Below, in pieces: positions 49,244-58,614 of a stretch of DNA of 64,000 nt. The notes under the pieces are model-generated. The model saw only the letters and a list, made by a program, of their open reading frames with translations. It had not been told where the DNA came from and made no database searches. The position numbers were made by a program, and so were the translations under genes. This DNA comes from Bdellovibrionales bacterium (GTDB lineage Bacteria; Bdellovibrionota; Bdellovibrionia; Bdellovibrionales; JAGQZY01), in NCBI GenBank assembly GCA_964230645.1, contig CAXRHT010000002.1, forward strand, positions 1,600,001 to 1,664,000. The letters run 5' to 3'. How positions within the stretch are numbered: the stretch's first letter is position 1; each line of letters begins with the position of its first letter.

Positions 49244-49570
49244 ATGTCTGACAAAAAGCTTGTATGGAGTGACGAAAAAGGTGACGTGCGAAAAAATAAA
49301 GTGGGAAACAGAGATGTTGCTGTTCATGAGGATCAAATCGAACTAAAAGTCCGTCGTCTTACCTCTGGAAAAGGACGAACAGTCATTGAAATCAAAGGAC
49401 TTCCGAAAAACCAAAAATGGTGCAAGGACCTGGCGAAGAAAATTAAAAAGTCTCTCGGAGTCGGTGGCACCTTCAAACAAGATTATATTGAGATCCACGG
49501 GGAAAAGATCGAAGAGGTCACAAAGACTCTTGATAAATTAAATTTGAAATGGAAACAGACAGGTGGGTAA
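49244..49570 (+). CDS. yciH: Translation initiation factor SUI1-family protein
   Basis: GKGRTVIEIKGL and LAKKIKKSLGVGGTFK...IEIHGE. Confidence 0.85.
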   Translation: MSDKKLVWSDEKGDVRKNKVGNRDVAVHEDQIELKVRRLTSGKGRTVIEIKGLPKNQKWCKDLAKKIKKSLGVGGTFKQDYIEIHGEKIEEVTKTLDKLNLKWKQTGG

Positions 49571-49654
49571 AGGACTAACTGTTGAAACTGATTCTCTGTT
49601 GCAAATAAATACCCCCTAAGATAGTTTCTTTTCTTTTAAACCCAGGAGATTGCA

Positions 49655-50140
49655 ATGGCCTCTTTTGATATCGTTTCGGAAGTGAACACCCAAGAAATTG
49701 ACAATGCTGTTAATCAGGCAAGAAAACAAATTCAACAAAGGTACGACTTCAAAGGAAGTAAAAGCGAAATTCAGTGGGACCGAAAATCGATTACGATTCT
49801 TGCTGATGACGACTATAAACTCAACGCCATCAAAGACATCTTGCAAGGCAAGGTCCACCACAGGGGTATTGATATGAGGGTCCTTAAATTTGAGGAGCCC
49901 GTTAAAGCTTCTGGGAATATGTGGCGCCAGCCGGTTAAGATCATTGAAGGGATCGAAAAAGAAGACGCTAAAAAAATGATAAAAATCATCAAAGACTCTA
50001 AACTTAAAGTTCAAGCCGCTATTCAGGATGACAAAGTTCGGGTCACCTCAAAAAAAATCGACTTTTTGCAAGAGTGCATGTCGCTGATCAAAAGTTCTAA
50101 AATCGACATTCCCGTTCAATTTGTAAACATGAGATCCTAG
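49655..50140 (+). CDS. yajQ: YajQ-family nucleotide/cyclic-di-GMP-binding protein
   Basis: MASFDIVSEV, QRYDFKGS, KLKVQAAIQDDKVRVT and QFVNMRS. Confidence 0.95.
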   Translation: MASFDIVSEVNTQEIDNAVNQARKQIQQRYDFKGSKSEIQWDRKSITILADDDYKLNAIKDILQGKVHHRGIDMRVLKFEEPVKASGNMWRQPVKIIEGIEKEDAKKMIKIIKDSKLKVQAAIQDDKVRVTSKKIDFLQECMSLIKSSKIDIPVQFVNMRS

Positions 50141-50147
50141 GACCTCC

Positions 50148-51980
50148 ATGTCACTACTGATTTCTGTTCAAAAAGTTGAAAAATCAATGGGTGACAGAGT
50201 CCTTTTTGAAGGGCTTTCTTTTGGAATCCACGAGAAAGAAAAAATCGCTCTGCTTGGCCCTAATGGTGCCGGTAAATCCACGCTACTTAAAATCTTGGCA
50301 GGCATTGAGCCTTCCGACCAAGGCGAAGTCTCCCCTAAAAAAAATCTCGTAATGGCTTATGTTCCACAAGAGGACCTTTTCCCTGAGGAAGATTCTGCAC
50401 TTAAAACCAGTGTCGATCATCTCAGAGAGTTTGGTCTGGACGAGTCCACAGCACAGATCCAGAGTGCCATTCATCTGTCCATGGCTGGTTTTGAAGATCA
50501 TCAAGTGCCTATAAAAAAGCTTTCTGGAGGCTGGAAAAAACGTCTGGCACTAGCAATAGCCTTTGCTAAAGAAGCAGAGCTCCTTTTACTTGATGAGCCA
50601 ACCAACCATTTGGATTGGGAAGGAATTGAGTGGCTCGAAGGGCAGCTCAAGACTTTTAAAAACAGTGCTCTCATCATTAGCCATGACCGGGAGTTTTTAA
50701 ACAATCAATGCCAAGAATTTATGGAAGTCAGTCGTCTCTATGAAAATGGCTTTTTCCAACAACAAGGCTCCTATGAAAATTTTGTAGAAAAACGGCAACA
50801 GTACCAGGAACAGCAGCTGAAAAAACAAGAAAGTTTAAGCAATAAAGCCAAACGAGAGGTTGAGTGGTTGCGAGCTGGAGTGAAAGCTCGAACCACTAAA
50901 AGTCAAAGCCGTATAAAGGAAGCTCATCAACTATTAGATGACCTGGGAGAGGTTAAGCAGCGCAATCTCACCGGAGCCCGCAGAACCCAAATACAAATTG
51001 AAAAGGGTGGAAAGAAATCCAAAAAACTCATCGAAACCAAAAACCTTTCGATTCACTATGGCTCCAAAACAATCCTAAATGATTTAAACCTTACGTTGGG
51101 ACCCAATCAATGTTTGGGTGTTCTAGGAGACAATGCCAGTGGTAAAACCAGCCTCCTTAAGGTTTTGGCTCAATCGGCTGATAATTATGAGGGAGAGCTT
51201 TTTCACGCAGATGGTCTTAAAATTGTTTACTTTGATCAGAAACGAGCCAGCCTGCAACAAGACAGTAATCTTATGGAATATCTAGGGGATGGCTCAGATC
51301 ATGTCACTTTTAACGATAAGAGCGTCCATGTGGCCTCCTACGCTTCACGTTTTTTATTTGATTCTCAAAAAATGAATCTTCCCATTCGCAAACTCTCCGG
51401 CGGGGAACAGGCGCGCCTTCTTATAGCCAAAATACTACTTCAGCCTGCCGACGCGCTTATTCTAGATGAGCCCACCAATGACCTGGATATCGCAACCATT
51501 GAAATCCTAGAGGAAAGTATCAAACAATTCCCTGGTCTTTGCCTCCTCGTTTCCCACGATCGCTACTTCTTAAAAAATTGCTGCAGCAAATATATTGCGT
51601 TGGATGGTGAGGGAGGCTGGGAAGTTTACCCAGAACTCAACCAGTGGCTGCGGGAGAGAACATTAACGGAAGAGGCCGCCTCCCCCACTACAAAACCTCC
51701 CTCCCAACCCACCTCTCATAGAAAGGAAAAAATCAAACTTTCTTACAAAGAAAAGCGTTTTTTAGAAACAGTGGAAGACGACATCCTTACCGCCGAGGAC
51801 AATCTTGAGGCAGCTAAAAAAGCAATGACGGAACAAGAGGACTTTTCCGATCACGAGAAGACCCAGGCCTTGGTCGCGGAACTTGAAAAGAAGCAGCAAG
51901 TGGTGGATGAACTATACAAGACTTGGGATGAGATCGAGAAAAAACAAAATCAAATAAAAGAGCAAAAAAACAACTCGTAA
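50148..51980 (+). CDS. uup: ABC-F family ATPase (Uup-like)
   Basis: Two ABC domains (GPNGAGKST, LSGG, DEPTNHLD; GDNASGKT, LSGGE, DEPTNDLD), a GVKARTTK linker and a KLSYKE C-terminal domain. Confidence 0.88.
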   Translation: MSLLISVQKVEKSMGDRVLFEGLSFGIHEKEKIALLGPNGAGKSTLLKILAGIEPSDQGEVSPKKNLVMAYVPQEDLFPEEDSALKTSVDHLREFGLDESTAQIQSAIHLSMAGFEDHQVPIKKLSGGWKKRLALAIAFAKEAELLLLDEPTNHLDWEGIEWLEGQLKTFKNSALIISHDREFLNNQCQEFMEVSRLYENGFFQQQGSYENFVEKRQQYQEQQLKKQESLSNKAKREVEWLRAGVKARTTKSQSRIKEAHQLLDDLGEVKQRNLTGARRTQIQIEKGGKKSKKLIETKNLSIHYGSKTILNDLNLTLGPNQCLGVLGDNASGKTSLLKVLAQSADNYEGELFHADGLKIVYFDQKRASLQQDSNLMEYLGDGSDHVTFNDKSVHVASYASRFLFDSQKMNLPIRKLSGGEQARLLIAKILLQPADALILDEPTNDLDIATIEILEESIKQFPGLCLLVSHDRYFLKNCCSKYIALDGEGGWEVYPELNQWLRERTLTEEAASPTTKPPSQPTSHRKEKIKLSYKEKRFLETVEDDILTAEDNLEAAKKAMTEQEDFSDHEKTQALVAELEKKQQVVDELYKTWDEIEKKQNQIKEQKNNS

Positions 51981-52042
51981 AAAAGTGCCTACTGACTCTC
52001 CTCTACTTTCCTTTGAAAAAAAAATCATGCTATAAATTGGGA

Positions 52043-53203
52043 ATGGAAATTATAAGAAAACTGCTCACAGCTATTGCCCTATCCTTCGCCCTTGCTTTCC
52101 TCATTTTCGCCTGCACAAAAAAGGATCAGGAAGCCAATACTTCAGAGTCTGAAGCCACTTCCGCTCAGGCTCCAAAGACATCAGATCAAAGTATCTCAGA
52201 ATCCTTAGATAAGATGGGCTTTAAAACAAAAGAGGAAATGCTTGCCCTCTCAAAGAATTTTGAATCGGCCAAGAAGGATGTCGAGAAGTTCAAAGCTTGT
52301 CTCCCGATCAGTTCCGCTCTAGCTAACTATAAGATGAGGGAGTCTTTAAAAAAGGAAATTCCAACCTTTACAAAAGATCAATACCAAACCCTTAACGAGG
52401 CCACTGAATTCTGCCAGTGGGCCGGAAAAGTTCTTAACGAATTCGAAGAAAGCCTTACCAAAGAAGAGCTCCAGGAGATTTCCCAAGGAGTTGATAATTC
52501 GATCGTACCTTATACTCAGAAGGTTTTCTCTACTGACAGAAGGTGCACGGCTGAAGAGTACACAAAACTTCTTAACGAAAATGATGACCTTTATACCAAT
52601 CCACGGGTCCTTTCTGCCATTCTTATTTTAGTATCCATCCAGCGGGACGGGAACGCCCCCACTTATATACCTCGGTACAAGAAAATCGTTGAACGCAAAG
52701 ATCACAAACACAAAGAACTCATTTTTTACTTTCTCGACCAAGTTGAGAAAAGCAATGCAACCAAGGGGTCGATGAAACTTAAAAAAGCTTCCATCGCTAA
52801 AGCGACAAAGGCCTTCTCCGAGTTTGGCATTAACAATGTCGAAACCTTTATGGCTAATTCTCTTGAAAAAGCTCCCAATTGCCTCAGCTCCATTGGCTCT
52901 GGTGTTATTGATATTTCAAAGAATGTGGCCACCCAGAAAAATATGATCGTCCTTCATAAAAGAATTGTAGAAGAGGTCAAAAAGAGTCAAAAGCTTCCTA
53001 CAACGGCCAGTAAAGATGCGAGATTTCAAGAGCTGAGTCCTTCGTTTTTAGAAACCCTAGAAAAAGAGAACTTAGCCTATAAAGATAGCTGGTTTCGCCC
53101 CCTTTTGATCAAAGGCGAACCTAAGAATTTTATTCTTATATCAAAGGGCAAAGACCGAAACCCCAATACAAAAGACGATTTACAATATCCAAAGCCTGAG
53201 TAG
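52043..53203 (+). CDS. Hypothetical lipoprotein with a GspG/pseudopilin-like C-terminus (paralog of 29271..30401)
   Basis: Lipobox IFAC; C-terminal KDSWFRPLLI...LISKGKDRNPNTKDDL. Confidence 0.7.
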   Translation: MEIIRKLLTAIALSFALAFLIFACTKKDQEANTSESEATSAQAPKTSDQSISESLDKMGFKTKEEMLALSKNFESAKKDVEKFKACLPISSALANYKMRESLKKEIPTFTKDQYQTLNEATEFCQWAGKVLNEFEESLTKEELQEISQGVDNSIVPYTQKVFSTDRRCTAEEYTKLLNENDDLYTNPRVLSAILILVSIQRDGNAPTYIPRYKKIVERKDHKHKELIFYFLDQVEKSNATKGSMKLKKASIAKATKAFSEFGINNVETFMANSLEKAPNCLSSIGSGVIDISKNVATQKNMIVLHKRIVEEVKKSQKLPTTASKDARFQELSPSFLETLEKENLAYKDSWFRPLLIKGEPKNFILISKGKDRNPNTKDDLQYPKPE

Positions 53204-53532
53204 TTGGTCCCAGCTTTTTCGGATAATAGCCCTATATTTTTTTCAGACCTGAGTCATCGGAGGTCGTCACTGTTAGTTAGTGGCGAAGCCTCTTCTCCTT
53301 AAAACATGTTCGAAGGGTCGTCGCCAATCGTTGTGACGGATTAATATTTTCAATTGGATGACTGCTCTTTGACCATTAAGAGCTCCCTGCCCTAGTAATT
53401 GAACTCATAAGGGTTGGGGGAGATCATCACTGCCAAATTTTTGGTACATCCTGTTGTTTTTACAGGGATTTATCAGCGGCAGTGACAAGGATGACGCCCT
53501 GAGCTAAATTCTTGCCTATAAGGGGAAATTTA

Positions 53533-54186
53533 ATGGGACGCTTAACTAAAACTATTCCGTTTTGCCTAGCAATGCTTGTGACTTATTACGCTAACACGGC
53601 CATGAGCGCGCGAAACTTTAATGTGCCACAAGGAGCTCTTAACCAGCAAAGCAACTGGCAAGAGCCCCATGTCCCAGCCCCTGAACTTCTACTTGAGGCG
53701 AGCTCCTCTATTCCAATTCAAAATTTTTGTCTCAATGAAGACTCCATTGAATCAACTGAGGAAATGACGGTCTGTAAATCATGGGTCGGCGAAGAGTGTA
53801 TCGAGTTTGCCGATGAAATCCTGGAAATCCCTCTAAACAATGATAAAGAATTTTGTTCTCACTGGACAGTGACCGACTCTGACGGAAACGAGCAAGACTT
53901 TGCCTCGGACTACTTCGAGGCTCTCGACTACCACCTCTACAGAGAAAACGCGACGGAGCCCCCTTTTTGTCTTCCCGAAGACTTAGGACGCGTTGTCGAT
54001 TTTGAGGGCCTTAGTAATTCCAATGGAAGGCCTGCTCTTTTTGAAGTGCAGTTTGAAGGCCGAGAAGAGCAATCCTATCAAATTTTAACCTGTGAATTCG
54101 TTGAATCTACAGCGACCTTAAGTAATGAAGTGATTCTCACTGGTGGTGAACACAGTGGTGGTGGGAAAAGGAAGAATGATCAATAG
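53533..54186 (+). CDS. Hypothetical secreted acidic Cys-containing protein
   Basis: AGGGGA RBS, signal-like N-terminus, very Glu/Asp-rich, several Cys. Confidence 0.6.
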   Translation: MGRLTKTIPFCLAMLVTYYANTAMSARNFNVPQGALNQQSNWQEPHVPAPELLLEASSSIPIQNFCLNEDSIESTEEMTVCKSWVGEECIEFADEILEIPLNNDKEFCSHWTVTDSDGNEQDFASDYFEALDYHLYRENATEPPFCLPEDLGRVVDFEGLSNSNGRPALFEVQFEGREEQSYQILTCEFVESTATLSNEVILTGGEHSGGGKRKNDQ

Positions 54187-55039
54187 TATGATGACTCAAG
54201 CCAACTCTAATATTGAATCCACCCAGCAAAACTCGGAAGCCGCTCTTATCGATTCGGCTTCCTTACAATTGCAAAATATTCTAGTTCGCTACCTGCAGAG
54301 CCGTCCCCACCTTTCACTCAATGGACTTTCCAAGCGCTGTGCCGTGAGTGAGCCAACTCTTCGTCGTATTCGAAAAGGGCAATTAAAAACCCTTCCATCG
54401 GTTTCGAACATTATGGAAATTTTGAGATATATCTCTCAAAAAAGTGAAGCCTCTGAAATCATTAAATTCTTCGGCGGACCGCTGGAAGAGTATCTCGATG
54501 AAAAGCTCCCACAAATTGATACCTACAAAAAAATTGAGGTCTCTCAACACCTGACTCAAGTCCTTAAAGACCCCGTTAAATATTTGATCTATAAACTCTC
54601 TGTTAACACTGAGGGTGTGGGCCTTGAAAAGGTCGTTGAAATGTTTGGCAGCTATGGAGAAAAGCAGCTTCTTTCCTTGGTTCAGGAAGATCTTGTAGAG
54701 AAAAGAGGGCCCCACTATTTCGGAAAAATTGAGTACTTCGCTCTTTCTCATGAAGTGTTCATCGATCACTTTAAATGCACGGCTGATTTCATCAAGCCCC
54801 ACAAACTGGCCAACTCGAAAAAATCTCTTTCTCCTCATTTTGCTAACTCTTCAACGGGTCTTAACAAAAAGGGTTATGCGGAAGTTCTAAAGATACAAAG
54901 AGCCGCCTTGAAAAAGGTCAGAAAGGTGATGGCGGATTCCAAGTTTTTGGGCTCTATACCCACCTTTTATATAGGGGCCATCGATACCATTGATCTGCGC
55001 TCGGCCGATGAGTTTCCCGACGACTCCTCAGAGCAATAA
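54176..55039 (+). CDS. HTH DNA-binding protein, TIGR02147/DUF4423-like
   Basis: YLQSRPHLSLNGLSKRCAVSEPTLRRI N-terminal HTH, followed by a winged-helix-like region. Confidence 0.6.
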   Translation: MINSMMTQANSNIESTQQNSEAALIDSASLQLQNILVRYLQSRPHLSLNGLSKRCAVSEPTLRRIRKGQLKTLPSVSNIMEILRYISQKSEASEIIKFFGGPLEEYLDEKLPQIDTYKKIEVSQHLTQVLKDPVKYLIYKLSVNTEGVGLEKVVEMFGSYGEKQLLSLVQEDLVEKRGPHYFGKIEYFALSHEVFIDHFKCTADFIKPHKLANSKKSLSPHFANSSTGLNKKGYAEVLKIQRAALKKVRKVMADSKFLGSIPTFYIGAIDTIDLRSADEFPDDSSEQ

Positions 55040-55075
55040 TTAAAAATTGGGGATACATCTTCCCGAGTCTGACCT

Positions 55076-55460
55076 GTCATCCTGAGTTTCACCCGTCATC
55101 CTGAGTCTCGCCTGTCATCCTGAGGCGAAGCCGAAGGATCTCTAACCGGAATTCACATGATTATTCCTGTAGGCAATTCTTCTCGAAACTAGGATTTCCA
55201 TCTTGTTGTCATTCTGAGCGAAGCGAAGAATCTTTAGCTACTACAATGAGATCCTTTCCTCTCGCTCTGGATGACATTGCGAGAGATTGGCCATTTAGCC
55301 GCTAATTTTCCAATGAGTTATTTCGCGGAAAGATTCTTCGCTTTGCTCAGAATGACGATAGGAAATAAGTCCCATTACCGGAATTTTACGACTAGCCTAG
55401 GAATTCAAGTTATTTCCGGTTAAAGATCCTTCGGCTTCGCCTCAGGATGACGGGTGAGAA
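55076..55460. repeat. Nested REP/REPIN-like palindromic element
   Basis: Outer arms GTCATCCTGAGGCGAAGCCGAAGGATCT (from 55114) and the exact complement ending at 55451. Inner arms at 55208-55233 and 55331-55356. GTCATCCTGAG recurs at 55076, 55095 and 55114. Confidence 0.9.
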
Positions 55461-55579
55461 TAGCCAAGCTCTATCAATGTAATAGTTAAAAATTTTAAAA
55501 AGCTAAAAAAAAGTTTCACACCTTCGCATAGTTTTAACTTGGAGTTTCGATCATACTGGTTCCAGTAAGGAGATCAAAT

Positions 55580-55738
55580 ATGGATATCATTCGTTTAATA
55601 CTCGCCATCGTGTTCCCACCCCTGGGAGTGTTTCTACAAGTGGGTTTAAGTGGCGCCTTTTTTCTGAATATCCTCCTTACCCTTCTTGGCTATCTTCCCG
55701 GCATCATTCATGCCGTCTGGATCATAGCGAAACGTTAA
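55580..55738 (+). CDS. yqaE: YqaE/Pmp3-family small membrane protein (52 aa), below the ORF-track cutoff
   Basis: AAGGAG RBS; MDIIRLILAIVFPPLGVFLQVGLSGAFFLNILLTLLGYLPGIIHAVWIIAKR. Confidence 0.93.
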   Translation: MDIIRLILAIVFPPLGVFLQVGLSGAFFLNILLTLLGYLPGIIHAVWIIAKR

Positions 55739-55870
55739 ACCACCTAATGGAGGCAAAAATGGGAGAATCTACTAATAAATCAATCAGTGAGAGCAGTGCC
55801 CAGACTAGTAAAAAACCTGACGAGACCCCACAAAACCAAAGAGTGATCGCAAAAAGTCCTATTCCAATAC

Positions 55871-56275
55871 CTAGAAAATCCAGTAAAGGTTTCGAAAAAG
55901 TCCCCAACTCAGTATAAGGACTACGGCAATAGGGCCTATCCAAGGCTTAAAGTGGATGGGATCGATCGAAAAAAACTTTTGCACCCACAGGTAGATGGGA
56001 ATCAAAGCGACAAAAGGACCAAAGGGATTGAACTGTAGCGACCAATTGAAATGCCCAGTAAAAAACGCGATCATTGATCGGGTCATTCCACAACCAGGGC
56101 ATAAAAGTCCGGTCAAAGCATGGAAGGGACAAAACAGGAGGGAGTGCTGCGAGATATGCTCAATGCTCTCCATACTCAAAGGTCGCCAGATAAGGTTCAG
56201 CACCAAAACTGCACTTGGAAACGCATAGATATAAAATAGATCAAAATCAAGGGCGTCTCTGAGCTTGTTTTTCAT
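55871..56275 (-). CDS. DUF2752-domain membrane protein
   Basis: CPFHALTGLLCPGCGMTRS and FNP. Confidence 0.9.
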   Translation of the reverse strand: MKNKLRDALDFDLFYIYAFPSAVLVLNLIWRPLSMESIEHISQHSLLFCPFHALTGLLCPGCGMTRSMIAFFTGHFNWSLQFNPFGPFVALIPIYLWVQKFFSIDPIHFKPWIGPIAVVLILSWGLFRNLYWIF

Positions 56276-56276
56276 C

Positions 56277-56627
56277 TTAAAGATCTTTGTTCCCAAAAAA
56301 AGTGTTGATATCGCTCTGCTGAATGGCATCGCAAATCATTGGCAGACCAATAATGGTTAAAACAAGAGCAATGAGTCCAGACTGGTCCGACGGTTTTCCT
56401 AAAGCTTGCGCGATGTCACTGGATTTACGGAATTCATGATAGATATGGTAAATGCCGCAAGTGACAAGTGTGAGTAGAAACCAGAAAAGAAAATTGTATT
56501 TTTCTCGCCCCAACATGGCGTTGACCGCCTGGCACTGCTTGTACTGAATATATATGTTGTAGAGCATGCAGGTAAGTAAGCTTAAAATAATATCTAAAGT
56601 AATATTGCGTACGTGTTCGCTTTCCAT
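56277..56627 (-). CDS. DUF4234-domain membrane protein
   Basis: RNITLDIILSLLTCMLY, LTLVTCGIY and QQSDIN. Confidence 0.8.
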   Translation of the reverse strand: MESEHVRNITLDIILSLLTCMLYNIYIQYKQCQAVNAMLGREKYNFLFWFLLTLVTCGIYHIYHEFRKSSDIAQALGKPSDQSGLIALVLTIIGLPMICDAIQQSDINTFFGNKDL

Positions 56628-56882
56628 AATTGTGATGACCCCTCGTTGAAGTCTTATTTATAAATATTGTTCTCATCGAATTCAATGATTCAGCTCCCAA
56701 AACCACTGGGTTTTGACTCAAAGCCTTCTAGCCAACCAGACACCTGCAATGACCGTTCACCTCTTCAAATTGACAATCGGGACGGATACTCCATGTAAGT
56801 TGTTGTTTTTACTTAAAAATTTAAAACTGTCTCCAAATAGCTTCACTTTTACAAATCCGTTTTTTAAAGACTAAATGGAGAG

Positions 56883-58397
56883 ATGAAAAACAAGATTCAA
56901 AGTTATCTCTTTTTATCACTTGCTCCAATTTTAATATCCGCTTGTGCCAGTCTTCATGAAAAAGCTAAGGACTACCATCAACAAGGCAACTACAGGCAGG
57001 CTATGGACCTTTACTCTAGAATTTTAGAGGATGACCCGAGCGATAAAAAAGCACAGGTGGGTCTTAACAGAGCTCAAGATGGATGGATCAGTCAAAGTCT
57101 TCTTGAAGTTAGGCGTTACCGTTTGGCTAAAAATTTTGAGAAGGCCAACGAGCTCCTCCGACTTATCTTTCAAAATGAAAAAAAGTGGAACACATTTCCG
57201 CGCGGAGCCGCCGCCTTCACTCAAAAAGAGGAGGTGGACTTTGCACGGCAAAGAGTGGTGTTCAGTATCTATAACCGCCTCAACGATCAAAAACCACTGG
57301 CCGCCTACTGGTACATTTCACAGTATGAGTTCTTATTCCAAAGCAACAAGCATCATCGATTGGCCAAAAGGATCTTTCAACAGACAAAAAGGACAGGACA
57401 AAATGATTGTAAAAGACGGATTCAAAAAATTGATTCTGTTAATTATTACTATAGCCAATTTTTGACCGAGTATTGCAATCTTTGGAAGCTCAATCTTGGT
57501 CAGGCTCAGAAGATCAATCGTGCCCATTTCGCTCGATCTTATTCCTCCGTGAGAGTCCACAATAAAACGGAAAACTTTGATGATCTTTTCACGATTGAAC
57601 TGAATAAAAAAATCGAAGAGAAGCTAAAGGACTCCCCCTGGTACCACCCCGAAGGGAAGAGAGTTTTGAAACTCGATTTGGTAGGTGATTACAATTACAA
57701 ACACACCAAAGAGCCAACAACCCTGACTCACTCCTATACTCAAACCGTACCTTACGAAGTCACCCATATTCGCCCAAGAAATAAAAAGAAACCTAAAAAA
57801 TCAGGTCTTGAACACACCTTAGATGCCATCATCCTTGTAGGCCACCTTGTGACTGCGGCAACCGCGACTCCACCTAATACAGAACGTACCTATGACAACG
57901 GCGATGGAACTCAAACGGTGATTGAAACACGCTACAGAGAAGAACCAAGAACAATGACTTACACTGCCACCTCTCACCGCGAAAACTTTTCTACAAGGAT
58001 GGCCCTTATTGGGGACCTCAAAAGCCATGAGCTAAAAGTCTTCCACAGCAATGAGCATGACTATAACACCATTGCTCACCAAAATAGCATTGATAGTGTC
58101 GGCCTTTTTCCCAAAAAAGCGAACCTCATAGGTTCCGAAGTTTGGATTCAAAACGAACGAGACGAACTCGCTCATAACTTTGAAATCCAAATGCTCTCCC
58201 AATGGAAACAAAGCTACTGCACCAACCGCGACATCTCAAACTCTCAATCCCCTTTAGCCCACGAATGGGTCCTACGCTGCTTCCAAGGCGAAACCCAAGG
58301 AGTCCCCCAAAACTACCAAACCTGGTTCAAAAACCAATGGGGCATAACCTACAACCAATCCCAATCCCTCCCCCCACTCCACTTCCTCTCAATTTAA
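56883..58397 (+). CDS. Hypothetical lipoprotein with an N-terminal TPR-like repeat
   Basis: Lipobox ISAC; AKDYHQQGNYRQAMDLYSRILEDDP. Confidence 0.7.
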   Translation: MKNKIQSYLFLSLAPILISACASLHEKAKDYHQQGNYRQAMDLYSRILEDDPSDKKAQVGLNRAQDGWISQSLLEVRRYRLAKNFEKANELLRLIFQNEKKWNTFPRGAAAFTQKEEVDFARQRVVFSIYNRLNDQKPLAAYWYISQYEFLFQSNKHHRLAKRIFQQTKRTGQNDCKRRIQKIDSVNYYYSQFLTEYCNLWKLNLGQAQKINRAHFARSYSSVRVHNKTENFDDLFTIELNKKIEEKLKDSPWYHPEGKRVLKLDLVGDYNYKHTKEPTTLTHSYTQTVPYEVTHIRPRNKKKPKKSGLEHTLDAIILVGHLVTAATATPPNTERTYDNGDGTQTVIETRYREEPRTMTYTATSHRENFSTRMALIGDLKSHELKVFHSNEHDYNTIAHQNSIDSVGLFPKKANLIGSEVWIQNERDELAHNFEIQMLSQWKQSYCTNRDISNSQSPLAHEWVLRCFQGETQGVPQNYQTWFKNQWGITYNQSQSLPPLHFLSI

Positions 58398-58416
58398 AAA
58401 AAAACTAATTAATGTA

Positions 58417-58571
58417 GCGATTATTGAGTCGTTTTCTGGAAGTCTGAGGGGGCGATGATGGTGGGCTCTGGCAAGCGGGACGCGCTCACCCGCAGGGTGA
58501 TGCCAGCAAAGCAGGAGCTGGGCCCATAAGCAGCGCCCCCTCAGACTTCCAGAAAACGGCTCAATAATCGC
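58417..58571. repeat. 155-bp GC-rich palindromic element (MITE/REPIN-like or structured RNA)
   Basis: 38-bp terminal inverted repeat with one mismatch, extending imperfectly inward, and an inner hairpin TCACCC-gca-GGGTGA. Confidence 0.85.
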
Positions 58572-58614
58572 GCCCCGACCTTGACTCTGTGCAAAACGGC
58601 CCCAGATTAGATAA

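Noticed and set aside
49616..50014. 132-aa minus-strand ORF
   Set aside because: It is the antisense shadow of yajQ. The same applies to most other short overlapping ORFs in the track.
55076..55135. 19-bp-period repeats as a possible CRISPR array
   Set aside because: The repeats are only 11 bp with 8-bp spacers, belong to the palindrome ends, and no cas genes are present.
55722..55943. Hydrophobic minus-strand ORF, and an opposing plus-strand 52-aa ORF at 55759-55917 with GGAGG
   Set aside because: They overlap each other and the neighbouring genes and show no recognisable family; I cannot support either.
58470..58520. GGGACGC...GCAAAGC as a cyclic-di-GMP-I riboswitch
   Set aside because: It lacks the GGCAAACC stem and the correct motif order, and sits inside a long inverted repeat.
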